NCBI GenBank assembly: GCA_963667465.2
Contig: CAXXDN010000002.1
Span: forward strand, 384,001-448,000
DNA: 64,000 nucleotides
Source of the DNA: Dehalococcoidia bacterium
Lineage (GTDB): Bacteria; Chloroflexota; Dehalococcoidia; UBA2979
Direction: 5' to 3'
Shown here: one piece after another, positions 47,280-56,462 of the stretch
How positions within the stretch are numbered: the first letter of the stretch is position 1
How the letters are laid out: each line of letters opens with the position of its first letter
Translations under genes and position numbers: made by a program
The notes under the pieces: generated by a model
Databases searched by the model: none
What the model was told of the DNA's origin: nothing
Seen by the model: the letters and a program-made list of their open reading frames with translations, nothing else

Positions 47280-47735
47280 GTGACCCCCCCGGACCAGCTG
47301 GACAACCGCTCTCCGAGCCGGCCACGGCCGGTCCTCGACGCGCTCTCGCGCGCGTACTGGGAGGCGGCAGGCCGGGGCGAGCTGGCGATCCAGCGCTGCG
47401 AGGAGTGCAGCCACTATCAGCACCCGCCGCTCCCGATCTGCCAGCGCTGCACCTCGGCGAACTTTGGCTACCCCGCCGTCAGCGGGCGCGGGGTCGTGCA
47501 CAGCTTCACCACGAACCACCAGCGCAACGTCGCCGGCTTCGAGCAGGCCGTGCCCTACATCAACCTGATCGTCGAGCTCGAGGAGCAGCCGCAGCTCTAC
47601 CTGCTGAGCGACCTTCCGGCCGGCGAGTCGGAATGGGTCGCGATCGGCGTACCCGTCGAGGTCATGTTCGAGCCGATCGAGGCGGCCGAGGGTGAGGCGA
47701 TCGCGCTGCCGCAGTTCCGCCCGGCGGACGGGTAG
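47280..47735 (+). CDS. DUF35 Zn-ribbon/OB-fold protein
   Basis: QRCEEC...ICQRC, SGRGVVHSFT, VELEEQ. Confidence 0.9.
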   Translation: MTPPDQLDNRSPSRPRPVLDALSRAYWEAAGRGELAIQRCEECSHYQHPPLPICQRCTSANFGYPAVSGRGVVHSFTTNHQRNVAGFEQAVPYINLIVELEEQPQLYLLSDLPAGESEWVAIGVPVEVMFEPIEAAEGEAIALPQFRPADG

Positions 47736-47745
47736 GGACTCCGCC

Positions 47746-48930
47746 ATGTGGGAGGCCAGGGGCAAGACCGCAGTCGCCGGCATCGGCTTCTCGCAGTTGA
47801 CGCGCACGCACGACCGCCCGCTCGGGCAGCTCGCGATCGAGGCCTGCCGCGCCGCGATCGCCGATGCCGGCATCGAGGCCTCGCAGATCGACGGGCTGGC
47901 GACGCACCCGGACCAGCCGTTCCGCGGCGCGGGCAACCGCGCGGGCGAGGACCTGGTTCCGGCGACCTTCCTGATCGACCACCTCGACATTGGCAACGAG
48001 ATCGAGTGGTACGCGCAGGTCTCGGCGGGCTTGATCCCGAGCGCGATCATCGAGGCGCTGAACGCGCTGCTGGCCGGCGCCTGCAACTACGCCCTCGTCT
48101 GGCGCGCGATGCACCGCCCGGCTGGCGCCTACGGTGCGTGGCGCGAACCGTTCGCCGGCGGCGATAGCCAGTTCACCGCGCCTTACGGCTACACCAGCCC
48201 CTTCCAGCTCCACGCCGTGGCCTACCAGCGCTACATGCACCGCTACGGCGCGACCCGCGAGGAGATGGCCGCGCTGGTCACGAACAGCCGCGCCAACGCC
48301 CAGCGCAACGAATCGGCCTTCTTCTACGGCACGCCAATGTCCGTCGACGACTACCTCGCGGCGCGTATGATCTCGGAGCCGATCTGCCTCTTCGACTGCG
48401 ACATTCCCGTCGAGGGCTGTGCGGCGCTTGTGCTCACCACCGCCGAGCGCGCCCGCGACTTGCCGAGGCCGCCCGCCTACGTCGCCGCCTGGGGGCAGCA
48501 CACCGCGCCGCGGCCGACGTACGTGAACTACATGCTCGACGACTACATGGCCTGCGGCGCCTCGACGGCGGGCAAGCTCTGGTCACGCTCGGGCCTCGGG
48601 CCCGGCGACGTGGACGCGGCGCAGCTCTACGACGGCTTCAGCCCCTCGACCTACTACTGGCTGGAGTCGGCCGGATTCTGTCCCGAGGGCGAGGCGCACC
48701 GCTTCGTGCAGGACGGCCGCGTCGCCCTCGACGGCGAGTTGCCGGTCAACACGTTCGGCGGATCGCTTTCCGAGGGCCGCCTGCACGGCATGGGCCACAT
48801 CGCCGAGGCAGCGCGCCAGGTCTCCGGCCGCGCCGGCCCGCGCCAGGTCGAGGACGCCGAGGTCTCGGTCGCCCTCGACGGATCGCCGCTGCTGCGCGGC
48901 GGCGGGCTGCTGTTCACGCGGGAGCCGTAG
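47746..48930 (+). CDS. Thiolase-like (SCP2/Ltp2-type) protein
   Basis: AVAGIG, CLFDCD, LYDGFS, NTFGGSLSEGRLHG. Confidence 0.88.
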   Translation: MWEARGKTAVAGIGFSQLTRTHDRPLGQLAIEACRAAIADAGIEASQIDGLATHPDQPFRGAGNRAGEDLVPATFLIDHLDIGNEIEWYAQVSAGLIPSAIIEALNALLAGACNYALVWRAMHRPAGAYGAWREPFAGGDSQFTAPYGYTSPFQLHAVAYQRYMHRYGATREEMAALVTNSRANAQRNESAFFYGTPMSVDDYLAARMISEPICLFDCDIPVEGCAALVLTTAERARDLPRPPAYVAAWGQHTAPRPTYVNYMLDDYMACGASTAGKLWSRSGLGPGDVDAAQLYDGFSPSTYYWLESAGFCPEGEAHRFVQDGRVALDGELPVNTFGGSLSEGRLHGMGHIAEAARQVSGRAGPRQVEDAEVSVALDGSPLLRGGGLLFTREP

Positions 48931-49052
48931 GGGCAGGCGGCGGACTACGCGGAAGCGCCGCGACGCCAGCCGTGCGCGCACTCTCGACGAGGTTTGGCCG
49001 GTCCGAAGCGTAGCGCGTGGCCGAAGGATCTGAGTCTCAGGCGGGAAGACCG

Positions 49053-49223
49053 CTACGTGGACGAGGGGACCGGCGGCTCCTCGAAGTGGAGTTCCAGCGC
49101 CTCGCGGAGGTTGGCGAGGGCGTCATCGATCGATTCGCCCTGGCTGGCGACGTCGACATCCAGCGCCTGTGCGACGTACCACTCGCCCTCGCGGCACACG
49201 CTTGCAGTGAACACTCGCTTCAT
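49053..49223 (-). CDS. hicB: HicB-like antitoxin (short, orphan)
   Basis: EGEWYVAQALDVDVASQGESIDDALANLREALELHF; ATGA overlap with the upstream gene. Confidence 0.8.
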   Translation of the reverse strand: MKRVFTASVCREGEWYVAQALDVDVASQGESIDDALANLREALELHFEEPPVPSST

Positions 49224-51691
49224 CGCAAATCGCCTCCGCCTCCATCCTGCCACACCGCCACCGCCCCCGCCTCCGCGAGGCGGGCGATCTCGGCGGCGGC
49301 GTAGCCGAGCTCCGCGAGGACCTCGGCGGTGTGCTGGCCGAGCACGGGGGGCGGGCGGCGCAGCGCGGTCCACGGCTCCTCGAAGGTCCAGGGCGGGGCG
49401 ACCGTCTCGAGGTCGCCGAGGGTGGCGTGGCCCTCGAGGCGGCGCACCATCTCGAGCGCCGCGACCTGCTCGCTCTTCAGCAGTGACTCGATGGTATGCA
49501 TCGGCACGATCGTGCCGCCGAGCTCGTCCTGCACGATGCGGCGCAGATCCTCGTAGCGCCAGTTGCGCAGGGTGCCGTTTACCTCGTCTGGCAGGTAGCG
49601 AAGGTTGTCCATCATCCCCCGCGGCCCGCTGAAGCGTTCGTCGAGCAGCACCTCGGGGCAATCGATGGCGATGAGGAAGGCGTTCCAGCCGCCCTCGTCG
49701 CCGCGCAGCGTGATCAGCGCGGGGCCGTCGCTGGTTTCGAAGCCGTAATCGGGCGGGTCGGTCAGCCCGAGGATCGCCCGGCCCTCGAGCGAGTCCTGCG
49801 AGCGCTCGGCGGTGAAGGTCCACTGGTGGATCGCCGTGAGCGCCGCGAGCATCGAGGTCTCGACGTGCTGGCCGACGCCGTGGCGGTCGCGCCAGAGCAG
49901 CGCGGTGAGGATTGCCTGGAAGCCGGCCATGCCCGCCGCGTGCTGCGCGAAGTCGTATCCGAAGCGCAGCGGGGGCTCGCCGGGCCGGCCGAGGTGGCGG
50001 TTCGAGCCGACGATCGCCTGGATGTCGAGCTCGCTCGCGGGCGCGCCGGCCAGCGGGCCGCGGCTGCCGTACCCGCTGATCGAGCAGTAGACGAGGCGTG
50101 GATGGCGCTCGCGCAGCGCCTCGTAGCCGAAACCGAGTCGCTCCATCACGCCCGGCCGGTAGCCCTCGACGAGCACGTCGGCGTCCTCGAGCAGTCGCAC
50201 GAGGATCTCCGCGCCGGCCTCGCGCTTGAGATCGACGGCGATGCCGCGCTTGTTGCGCTGGAACTGCAGGAACAGCCCGCCCTCCGGCGTGGCGCCGCCC
50301 GGCGCCTCCACGAACGGTCCGATCGTGCGCAAGAAGTCCCCCGAGGGCGGCTCGAGCTTCACTACTTCGGCGCCGAGGTCGCCGAGCTGCATCGCGCAGA
50401 GCGCCCCGGGGATGCCCTGCGAGACATCGACGACTCGCAAGCCATCGAGGGGGAGCTGCGAGTGCGACCGGCTGTCGGCCGGGCGCGCGCTCGCGCCGTT
50501 CGGCTCGTCGGCTGCGGCGAGTTCCGCGAGCACCTCGGAGGTGTGCTCGCCGAGACGGGGGGCGGCGCGCGTGATCCGCGCCTCGGTCGTGCCGAAGCGC
50601 CAGTGCGGCTTGGCGCTGGCCATGCCGCCGTAGGGTGTGTCGAGCACCGTCACGAGGTCCTCGGCGATCGCCTGCGGGTGTTCGAGCAGGCTCGCGCTCA
50701 GCGTCGGGCCGCGCTGGAAGGCGGCAGCGGGTACATCGGCGTCATGCAGGCGGCGCTCCCAGTCCTCTGCGCTGCGCTCGCGGAAGCAGGCCTTGAGGAG
50801 CGGCAATAGCTCGGCGCGGTGCTCGACGCGCGCGGCGTTGGTCGCGAAGCGGGGGTCGTCGCGAAGCTTCCGCAGGCCGAGGGCGTCGCAGAGCTTCGGC
50901 CAGAAGCCGTCGTGCGGTGTGCTAATGGCGACATAACCATCGGTACACGCGAACGCCTGGTCCGGCACGAGGTTGGGGCGGGCGCTGCCCATCGGCACGG
51001 GCGCGCGGCCGCTCGCGAAGTACTCGGCGATGCGGCTTGTCGCGCCGACGATCGTCGATTGCAGCTGCGAGGTCTGGATGAACGTGCCGCGCCCGGTACG
51101 CGCGCGCGCGTAGAGGGCGACGAGGAGTGCCTGCAGGTTGGTAAAGGCGCCGCTCCAGTCGAGCGTTGCCGTGCCGCGCGAGAACTCCTGCTGGCCGCCG
51201 GCCTCGCCGGTGACGCTGGTCAGGCCGGCCGCGGCCTGCGAGAACCACTCGTTACTGGTCATGCCGTGCATCGGCCCGCGCGGACCGTAGGCCGAGCTCT
51301 GCAGGTAGATCAGCCGTGGGTTGTGCTCGCGCAGCAGCTCGTAGCCGAGGCCGAGGCGGCGCATCACCTCGGGCGAGCGGAAGTTCTCGACGAGCACGTC
51401 GGCGCTCGCGATCAGCCGCAGCGCCTGCGCGTGGTCCGCCGGCTCCTTGAGGTCGAGCATGACCCCGCGCTTGCCGAGGTTGTTGCCGAGGAACGTGTGC
51501 CCGGTCCCGCGCAGTCGCGGCCTGGTGCCGCGCACGGTGTCGCCGCGCGGGGACTCGACCTTGATCGCGTCGGCGCCGAGCCAGCCGAGGTACTCGGCGG
51601 CGATCGGCCCGACGGCGGCCTGGCCGAAATCGAGCACGCGCAGGCCGTTGAGCGGCCCTGTCCAGCCCTCACTGCTCAGTTGCTCGGCCAT
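49220..51691 (-). CDS. Family III CoA-transferase, fused double domain
   Basis: PLNGLRVLD...NLGKRG...TLD and PLDGLRVVD...RNKRG. Confidence 0.9.
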   Translation of the reverse strand: MAEQLSSEGWTGPLNGLRVLDFGQAAVGPIAAEYLGWLGADAIKVESPRGDTVRGTRPRLRGTGHTFLGNNLGKRGVMLDLKEPADHAQALRLIASADVLVENFRSPEVMRRLGLGYELLREHNPRLIYLQSSAYGPRGPMHGMTSNEWFSQAAAGLTSVTGEAGGQQEFSRGTATLDWSGAFTNLQALLVALYARARTGRGTFIQTSQLQSTIVGATSRIAEYFASGRAPVPMGSARPNLVPDQAFACTDGYVAISTPHDGFWPKLCDALGLRKLRDDPRFATNAARVEHRAELLPLLKACFRERSAEDWERRLHDADVPAAAFQRGPTLSASLLEHPQAIAEDLVTVLDTPYGGMASAKPHWRFGTTEARITRAAPRLGEHTSEVLAELAAADEPNGASARPADSRSHSQLPLDGLRVVDVSQGIPGALCAMQLGDLGAEVVKLEPPSGDFLRTIGPFVEAPGGATPEGGLFLQFQRNKRGIAVDLKREAGAEILVRLLEDADVLVEGYRPGVMERLGFGYEALRERHPRLVYCSISGYGSRGPLAGAPASELDIQAIVGSNRHLGRPGEPPLRFGYDFAQHAAGMAGFQAILTALLWRDRHGVGQHVETSMLAALTAIHQWTFTAERSQDSLEGRAILGLTDPPDYGFETSDGPALITLRGDEGGWNAFLIAIDCPEVLLDERFSGPRGMMDNLRYLPDEVNGTLRNWRYEDLRRIVQDELGGTIVPMHTIESLLKSEQVAALEMVRRLEGHATLGDLETVAPPWTFEEPWTALRRPPPVLGQHTAEVLAELGYAAAEIARLAEAGAVAVWQDGGGGDLR

Positions 51692-51779
51692 GCCCGCACC
51701 ATGCGCGGGCGCGGCATGGTGGTCAAGGCGCAGACGGCAGGCGGGGCGCTATTATCGGCGCGGCCGGAAGGGGGCCCCG

Positions 51780-52709
51780 ATGAGCAACGAAGAGCGGCCG
51801 CTGCCGACGAGCGAAGAGGTGAACTCCTGGCTGACCGAGCGGCGCAACTGGGGCCGCTGGGGCGACGACGACAGCCGTGGCGCGGTGAACCTGATCACGG
51901 ACGAGAAGCGTCTCGCGGCGTTCGGTCTCGTGCAGCAGGCACACGTTGTCTCGATCAGCCGCGACTACCCGAAGGACCCCGGCCCGACGAACCCGGTGCC
52001 GGCGCAGCACTTCCTGCGCCGCAACGTTCGCGTGCCCGATGGCGGGTCGGTCGTCGACTACTACGGCTTCATCTTCCACGGCCACACGCACACCCACCTC
52101 GACGCGCTCTGCCACGTCTGGGACAAGAACGGGGCGTGGCAGGGCCGCGATCCGTCCGAGTTCATCACCGGCGACGGCGTCACCTACGCCGACGTGACCG
52201 CCTGGGACACCGGCATCATCACCCGCGGCGTCCTGCTCGACGTGCCACGCCACCGCGGGACGGACTACGTGACGACGGACCGCCCGGTGCACGGCTGGGA
52301 GCTCGAGGAGATCGCCGAGGCACAGGGCGTGACCGTCGGGTCCGGCGACGCGCTGCTCGTGTACAGCGGCCGCGAGGCCTACCAGGCCGATCACCCGGAC
52401 CAGTTCCTCGGCGAGGCGGGCAGCACGACGCCCGGGCTGCACGCCTCGTGCCTGCCGTTCGTGCGCGACAACGATGTCTCGCTGCTCGGCTGGGACATGA
52501 TGGATGCGAAGCCGAACGACTACGACTACCCGTGGGCGATGCACGGCGTGATCTACGCCTACGGCGTGCCGCTGCTCGACAACGCGCTGCTGCAACCGCT
52601 CGCGGAGGCGTGCGCCGGGCAGGGCCGCTACGAGTTCCTGCTGATCATCTCGCCGCTGCGAGTGCCCGGCGGCACGGGCAGCCCCGTCAACCCGCTCGCC
52701 ATCTTCTAG
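51780..52709 (+). CDS. Cyclase family metal-dependent hydrolase
   Basis: NWGRWG, HTHLDALCH, TRGVLLD, GTGSPVNP. Confidence 0.92.
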   Translation: MSNEERPLPTSEEVNSWLTERRNWGRWGDDDSRGAVNLITDEKRLAAFGLVQQAHVVSISRDYPKDPGPTNPVPAQHFLRRNVRVPDGGSVVDYYGFIFHGHTHTHLDALCHVWDKNGAWQGRDPSEFITGDGVTYADVTAWDTGIITRGVLLDVPRHRGTDYVTTDRPVHGWELEEIAEAQGVTVGSGDALLVYSGREAYQADHPDQFLGEAGSTTPGLHASCLPFVRDNDVSLLGWDMMDAKPNDYDYPWAMHGVIYAYGVPLLDNALLQPLAEACAGQGRYEFLLIISPLRVPGGTGSPVNPLAIF

Positions 52710-52774
52710 CGGGCGGCCGGACCCGCGCCTGCGCCCTCCTCTGAGGGGTGGGTCGCGGTGCGCTGCACGCCGCA

Positions 52775-53070
52775 CGGGCTGCGCCCGCCCCCCTCACCCC
52801 CGCCCTCTCCCGCCAGGGGAGAGGGGGCCGGAATGTGCGCCCGCGGGGCTCCGAGGCGAGCAGCAGCCGTGGGCGAGCGCCCTCACCCCCGCCCTCTCCC
52901 GCGGGGAGAGGGGGCCGGAATGTGCGCCCTCGGGGCTTCGGGGCGAGCAGCAGCGGGGGTGTGGGGGCGGAGCCCCCACAGGAAAGAAACATCCGAGGGT
53001 GGGTGGGTGGGCCGAGCAGCGCGCCGCGCCCGCTCTCCGGGACGGGGTGTGGGAGCGCAGCCCCCCGCAC
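52775..53070 (+). repeat. REP-like cluster (tandem ~90-bp units plus G-rich tail)
   Basis: Units at about 52791-52867 and 52880-52954; GGGTGGGTGGGTGGG at 52997-53011; lies between convergent genes. Confidence 0.88.
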
Positions 53071-53098
53071 ACGGCGGCAGGAGTTGCTCAGGTGGCGG

Positions 53099-53755
53099 CT
53101 AGCCGTGCGAGTGGCCGCCGTGCCCGTGGCCGGCGGAGGGCTGGTAGTAGGGGTTGCGGCCGGACGCATGGTCGGTCGCGTCCATGATCTCTTCGATCTC
53201 GGGCACCGCCTCTTTCATCATGCCCTCGATGCCCTCGCGCAGGGTCACGTTCGCCATCCCGCAGCCCTGGCAGCCACCACCCATGCGGATGAACGCCACC
53301 TTGTCCTCCACGCCGAGGAGGTCGACTGCGCCGCCGTGCGCCGCGATCGCCGGGTTGACCTGCTCGTCGAACAGCACCTGGATGCGCTCGGCCAGCGGAT
53401 CGCGCCAGCGCGGGTTGGGGTTGTCGAACTCGAAGCCGTTGACGCCCTCGCCCTTGTACGCCCAGTGCACGGCCAGCCCATCAAGGTAGTCCGCGTGGTC
53501 ACTGTCGACATAAAGCGCGAGTCCGTCGAAGTCCAGCTCGAAGTCTTCTTCCGGCTCGCGTCCCGCGTCGACCATCGTGAGCAGATGCTCGAGGCCTTCC
53601 TTGCTGCGACGCGCCACCTGCAGGCGGATGCCGGTGACGGGCGGTTCGCCGGCGGACTCCATCAGGTGCAGGAGGCGGGCGATCGCCTCGTCGGTCATTG
53701 CGATCTCGGGGCCGTACTCGTCAACGTCGGTGTCGAGGTCAAGGTCGGTCGTCAC
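53099..53755 (-). CDS. nfuA: Fe-S carrier NfuA (degenerate A-type domain plus NifU-C), His-rich tail
   Basis: GFEFDNPN, VNPAIAAHGG, GGGCQGC, DATDHASG.NPY. Confidence 0.9.
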   Translation of the reverse strand: MTTDLDLDTDVDEYGPEIAMTDEAIARLLHLMESAGEPPVTGIRLQVARRSKEGLEHLLTMVDAGREPEEDFELDFDGLALYVDSDHADYLDGLAVHWAYKGEGVNGFEFDNPNPRWRDPLAERIQVLFDEQVNPAIAAHGGAVDLLGVEDKVAFIRMGGGCQGCGMANVTLREGIEGMMKEAVPEIEEIMDATDHASGRNPYYQPSAGHGHGGHSHG

Positions 53756-53930
53756 GATTGCTCCTCCGCTGTTGCTTAAGCCTAGCGGATTCGTCTACAG
53801 GGCGCTGCCGGTGCGGCGGGCGCGGGCTCGCAACGAGGGCCCATGCTACGCTCGCACACCCCGTGCGTCATCGTCCGGGCGCGGCGCCGGCCGAGGCGCG
53901 GGACGTGCCCGCACGCGCGAATGGACGGCC

Positions 53931-55244
53931 ATGAGCGTCGCGCCCAGCCCCGCTCCCCAGACGCCTCGCGACGAGCGCGCCGGCGCCAACGGCGGCCGCG
54001 GGCCGCGGCTGCCCTTCGCGGGGCGCGCGGGCGAGTTGCGCACCTTCGAGTCGCTGGGCGACCGGAATTTCCGCTGGTTCTTTGTCTCCACGCTGGGCCA
54101 GTTCGGGGGAATCCAGACGCAGATGCTGGCGATGGGCTTCATCGTCTACGAGCTGACCGGATCGCCGGGACGGCTCGGCCTCGTCGCGCTCGTCAACGCG
54201 ATTCCCTCGCTCGCCTTCTCGCTCTACGGGGGGATGCTCGCGGACCGCGTGCCGAGGCGGCTCGTGCTGCAGGTGGGGCAGACCTTCCAGGCGCTGCTCG
54301 CGGGCCTCGTGGCCGCGCTCCTCTTCCTCGGCGTGCTGCGCTACGAGCACCTGATCGTGATCGTCTTTTTCCAGGGCGCCGGTATGGCGCTGATGATGCC
54401 GGCGCGGCAGGCGATGATCCCGGAGATCGCGGGCGAAGAGCGGTTGATGAACGCGATCTCGCTCGGCGCCGCCGGGATGACGACGATGCGGCTGATTGCT
54501 CCTGCTATCGGCGGCGCGTTGCTCGTGATCGCGAACAGCGCCTGGCTCTACAGCGCGGTCGTGATCTACTACCTCATCGCCATCGGCGCGCTCGTCCCGA
54601 TGCGGCTGGCGGCCGCGCGTTCGGCCGGCGCGCCGGCCCGGGACGCGCAGGGCTGGGCGGGCGTGCGCGACGGGATCCGTTACACGCTGCGGCACACTGC
54701 GATCCTGCAGGTGCTGGCGGTCAACCTGCTGATCGTGTGCGCCTCGATGCCCTGGATGTTCCTGCTCCCCGGCTGGGTCGAGGACGTGCTCGGCCTGGGC
54801 GGCTTCCACCTCGGACTGCTGCTCAGCGTGATGGGCGTCGGCTCGCTGTTCGGCTCGCTCGTGATCGCCTCGCTGCCGCCGCGCCACCGCGGGCTGCTCT
54901 ACCTGCTGAGCGCCGTGCTGCTGGCGAGCGGGGTGCTCGCGTTCGCGGTCTTCGATGCGTTCCTGGTGGCCGTGCTGCTGACCGTGGTGATCGGCGTGGC
55001 GCACGCCGTGCGGATGTCGCTCAGCACCGTCCTGCTCCAGACCTACGTCGATGCCGAGTACCGCGGCCGCGTGCTCTCGATCTACATGATGGAGTTCGGC
55101 CTCGTCGCCCTCGGCGTCTTCGCTGTCGGCGCGATTGCCGAGGTGGTGGGCCTGCAGCTCGCGATCGGTGGCGCGGCCGCCTTCCTGCTCCTCGTTGCGC
55201 TGGCGCTCTTCCCCGCCTTCCCGACGCTGCGCCGCCTCCAGTAG
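53931..55244 (+). CDS. MFS transporter (DHA3-like)
   Basis: GGMLADRVPRR, PARQAMIPEI, MNAISL, GRVLS. Confidence 0.9.
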   Translation: MSVAPSPAPQTPRDERAGANGGRGPRLPFAGRAGELRTFESLGDRNFRWFFVSTLGQFGGIQTQMLAMGFIVYELTGSPGRLGLVALVNAIPSLAFSLYGGMLADRVPRRLVLQVGQTFQALLAGLVAALLFLGVLRYEHLIVIVFFQGAGMALMMPARQAMIPEIAGEERLMNAISLGAAGMTTMRLIAPAIGGALLVIANSAWLYSAVVIYYLIAIGALVPMRLAAARSAGAPARDAQGWAGVRDGIRYTLRHTAILQVLAVNLLIVCASMPWMFLLPGWVEDVLGLGGFHLGLLLSVMGVGSLFGSLVIASLPPRHRGLLYLLSAVLLASGVLAFAVFDAFLVAVLLTVVIGVAHAVRMSLSTVLLQTYVDAEYRGRVLSIYMMEFGLVALGVFAVGAIAEVVGLQLAIGGAAAFLLLVALALFPAFPTLRRLQ

Positions 55245-55334
55245 GGGAGGCCGCGCCGCCGACCGCCTCCCATCCGCCCCATGCGCTACAGTGCCCGCGC
55301 GACTGCGCCCGCGAGGGCGCGCGAGGAGGTCCGG

Positions 55335-56462
55335 ATGGCGAACATACCCGCGACGTGCCGCGCCGCACTGCTGGTCGGCCATCAGCAACCGCTGGACATC
55401 GCCGAGGTGCCGGTTCCGCAGGATCTGGAGCCGGGCGCGCTGCTGGTGCGCAACACCGCCGCCACGATCTGCGCCAGCGACGTGCACCTCTGGGAGGGCG
55501 AGTCGGGCTCCTCGACGGACCGCTTCCCGCGCATCCTCGGTCACGAGATGACGGGGCGTGTCGCCGCCATCGGCGAGGGCGCCGAGCGCGACTCGCTCGG
55601 CGAGCCGCTGCGCGTCGGCGACCGCATCATCTGGACGCACGGCTTCTGCGGGCAGTGCGTGAACTGCGTCATCGAGCACGAGCAGACGCTCTGCGACAAC
55701 CGCCGCGGCTACATGCGCGGCCTTGCCACTGAGTACCCGTACCTCACCGGCGGCTTCGCCGAGTACGGCTACGTCTACCCGAGCTCCGGGCGCGTCAAGG
55801 TACCCGACATTGTCCCCGACGAGCTCGCCTCGGCGGCGGCCTGCGCGCTGCGCACGGTGGTGCACGGCTTCGACCGCCTCGGACGGCTCGACGACCGCCA
55901 TACGGTGGTGATCCAGGGCTCCGGGCCACTCGGGCTGTTCTCGACGGCCGTGGCCTCGCGCAGCGGGCCTTCGAAGATCATCGTGATCGGCGGGCCGGCC
56001 GCGCGGCTCGAGGTCGCGCGCCGCTGGGGCGCCACGCACACGATCGACATCGCCGACATGCCGGACGCCGCCGATCGCGAGGCGCAGATCCGCGAGTGGA
56101 CGGACGGCCGCGGCCCGGACGTGGTGATCGAGGTCTCCGGCGTGGTCCCCGCCTTCCCCGAGGGCTTCTCGATGATCCGTCGCGGCGGCCGCTACCTGAT
56201 CATCGGCCAGCTGCACGAGCAGGAGGTGCCGATCAAGCCGGGCGAGGTCACGCGCAAGCACGTGCGCATCATCGGCTCGATCTCGGCGAGCGTGGCGCAC
56301 TACCACCGCGCGCTGCAGTTCATCGCCCACAACTGGGAGCGTTTCACCTGGATGGACATGATCTCCAACCGCTACCCGATCGAGGAGATCAACGAGGCGA
56401 TGGTGCGTATGCAGAGCTGGGACGAGATCAAACCCGCAATCATCTTCGGAGACTCGCGATGA
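55335..56462 (+). CDS. Zinc-binding (MDR) dehydrogenase
   Basis: ICASDVH, GHE, CGQCVNC...C, GSGPLG. Confidence 0.92.
   Translation: MANIPATCRAALLVGHQQPLDIAEVPVPQDLEPGALLVRNTAATICASDVHLWEGESGSSTDRFPRILGHEMTGRVAAIGEGAERDSLGEPLRVGDRIIWTHGFCGQCVNCVIEHEQTLCDNRRGYMRGLATEYPYLTGGFAEYGYVYPSSGRVKVPDIVPDELASAAACALRTVVHGFDRLGRLDDRHTVVIQGSGPLGLFSTAVASRSGPSKIIVIGGPAARLEVARRWGATHTIDIADMPDAADREAQIREWTDGRGPDVVIEVSGVVPAFPEGFSMIRRGGRYLIIGQLHEQEVPIKPGEVTRKHVRIIGSISASVAHYHRALQFIAHNWERFTWMDMISNRYPIEEINEAMVRMQSWDEIKPAIIFGDSR

Noticed and set aside
52775-53070. Repeats as a CRISPR array
   Set aside because: Units are long palindromes with repeated rather than unique spacers, are dispersed over four loci, and no cas genes are present.
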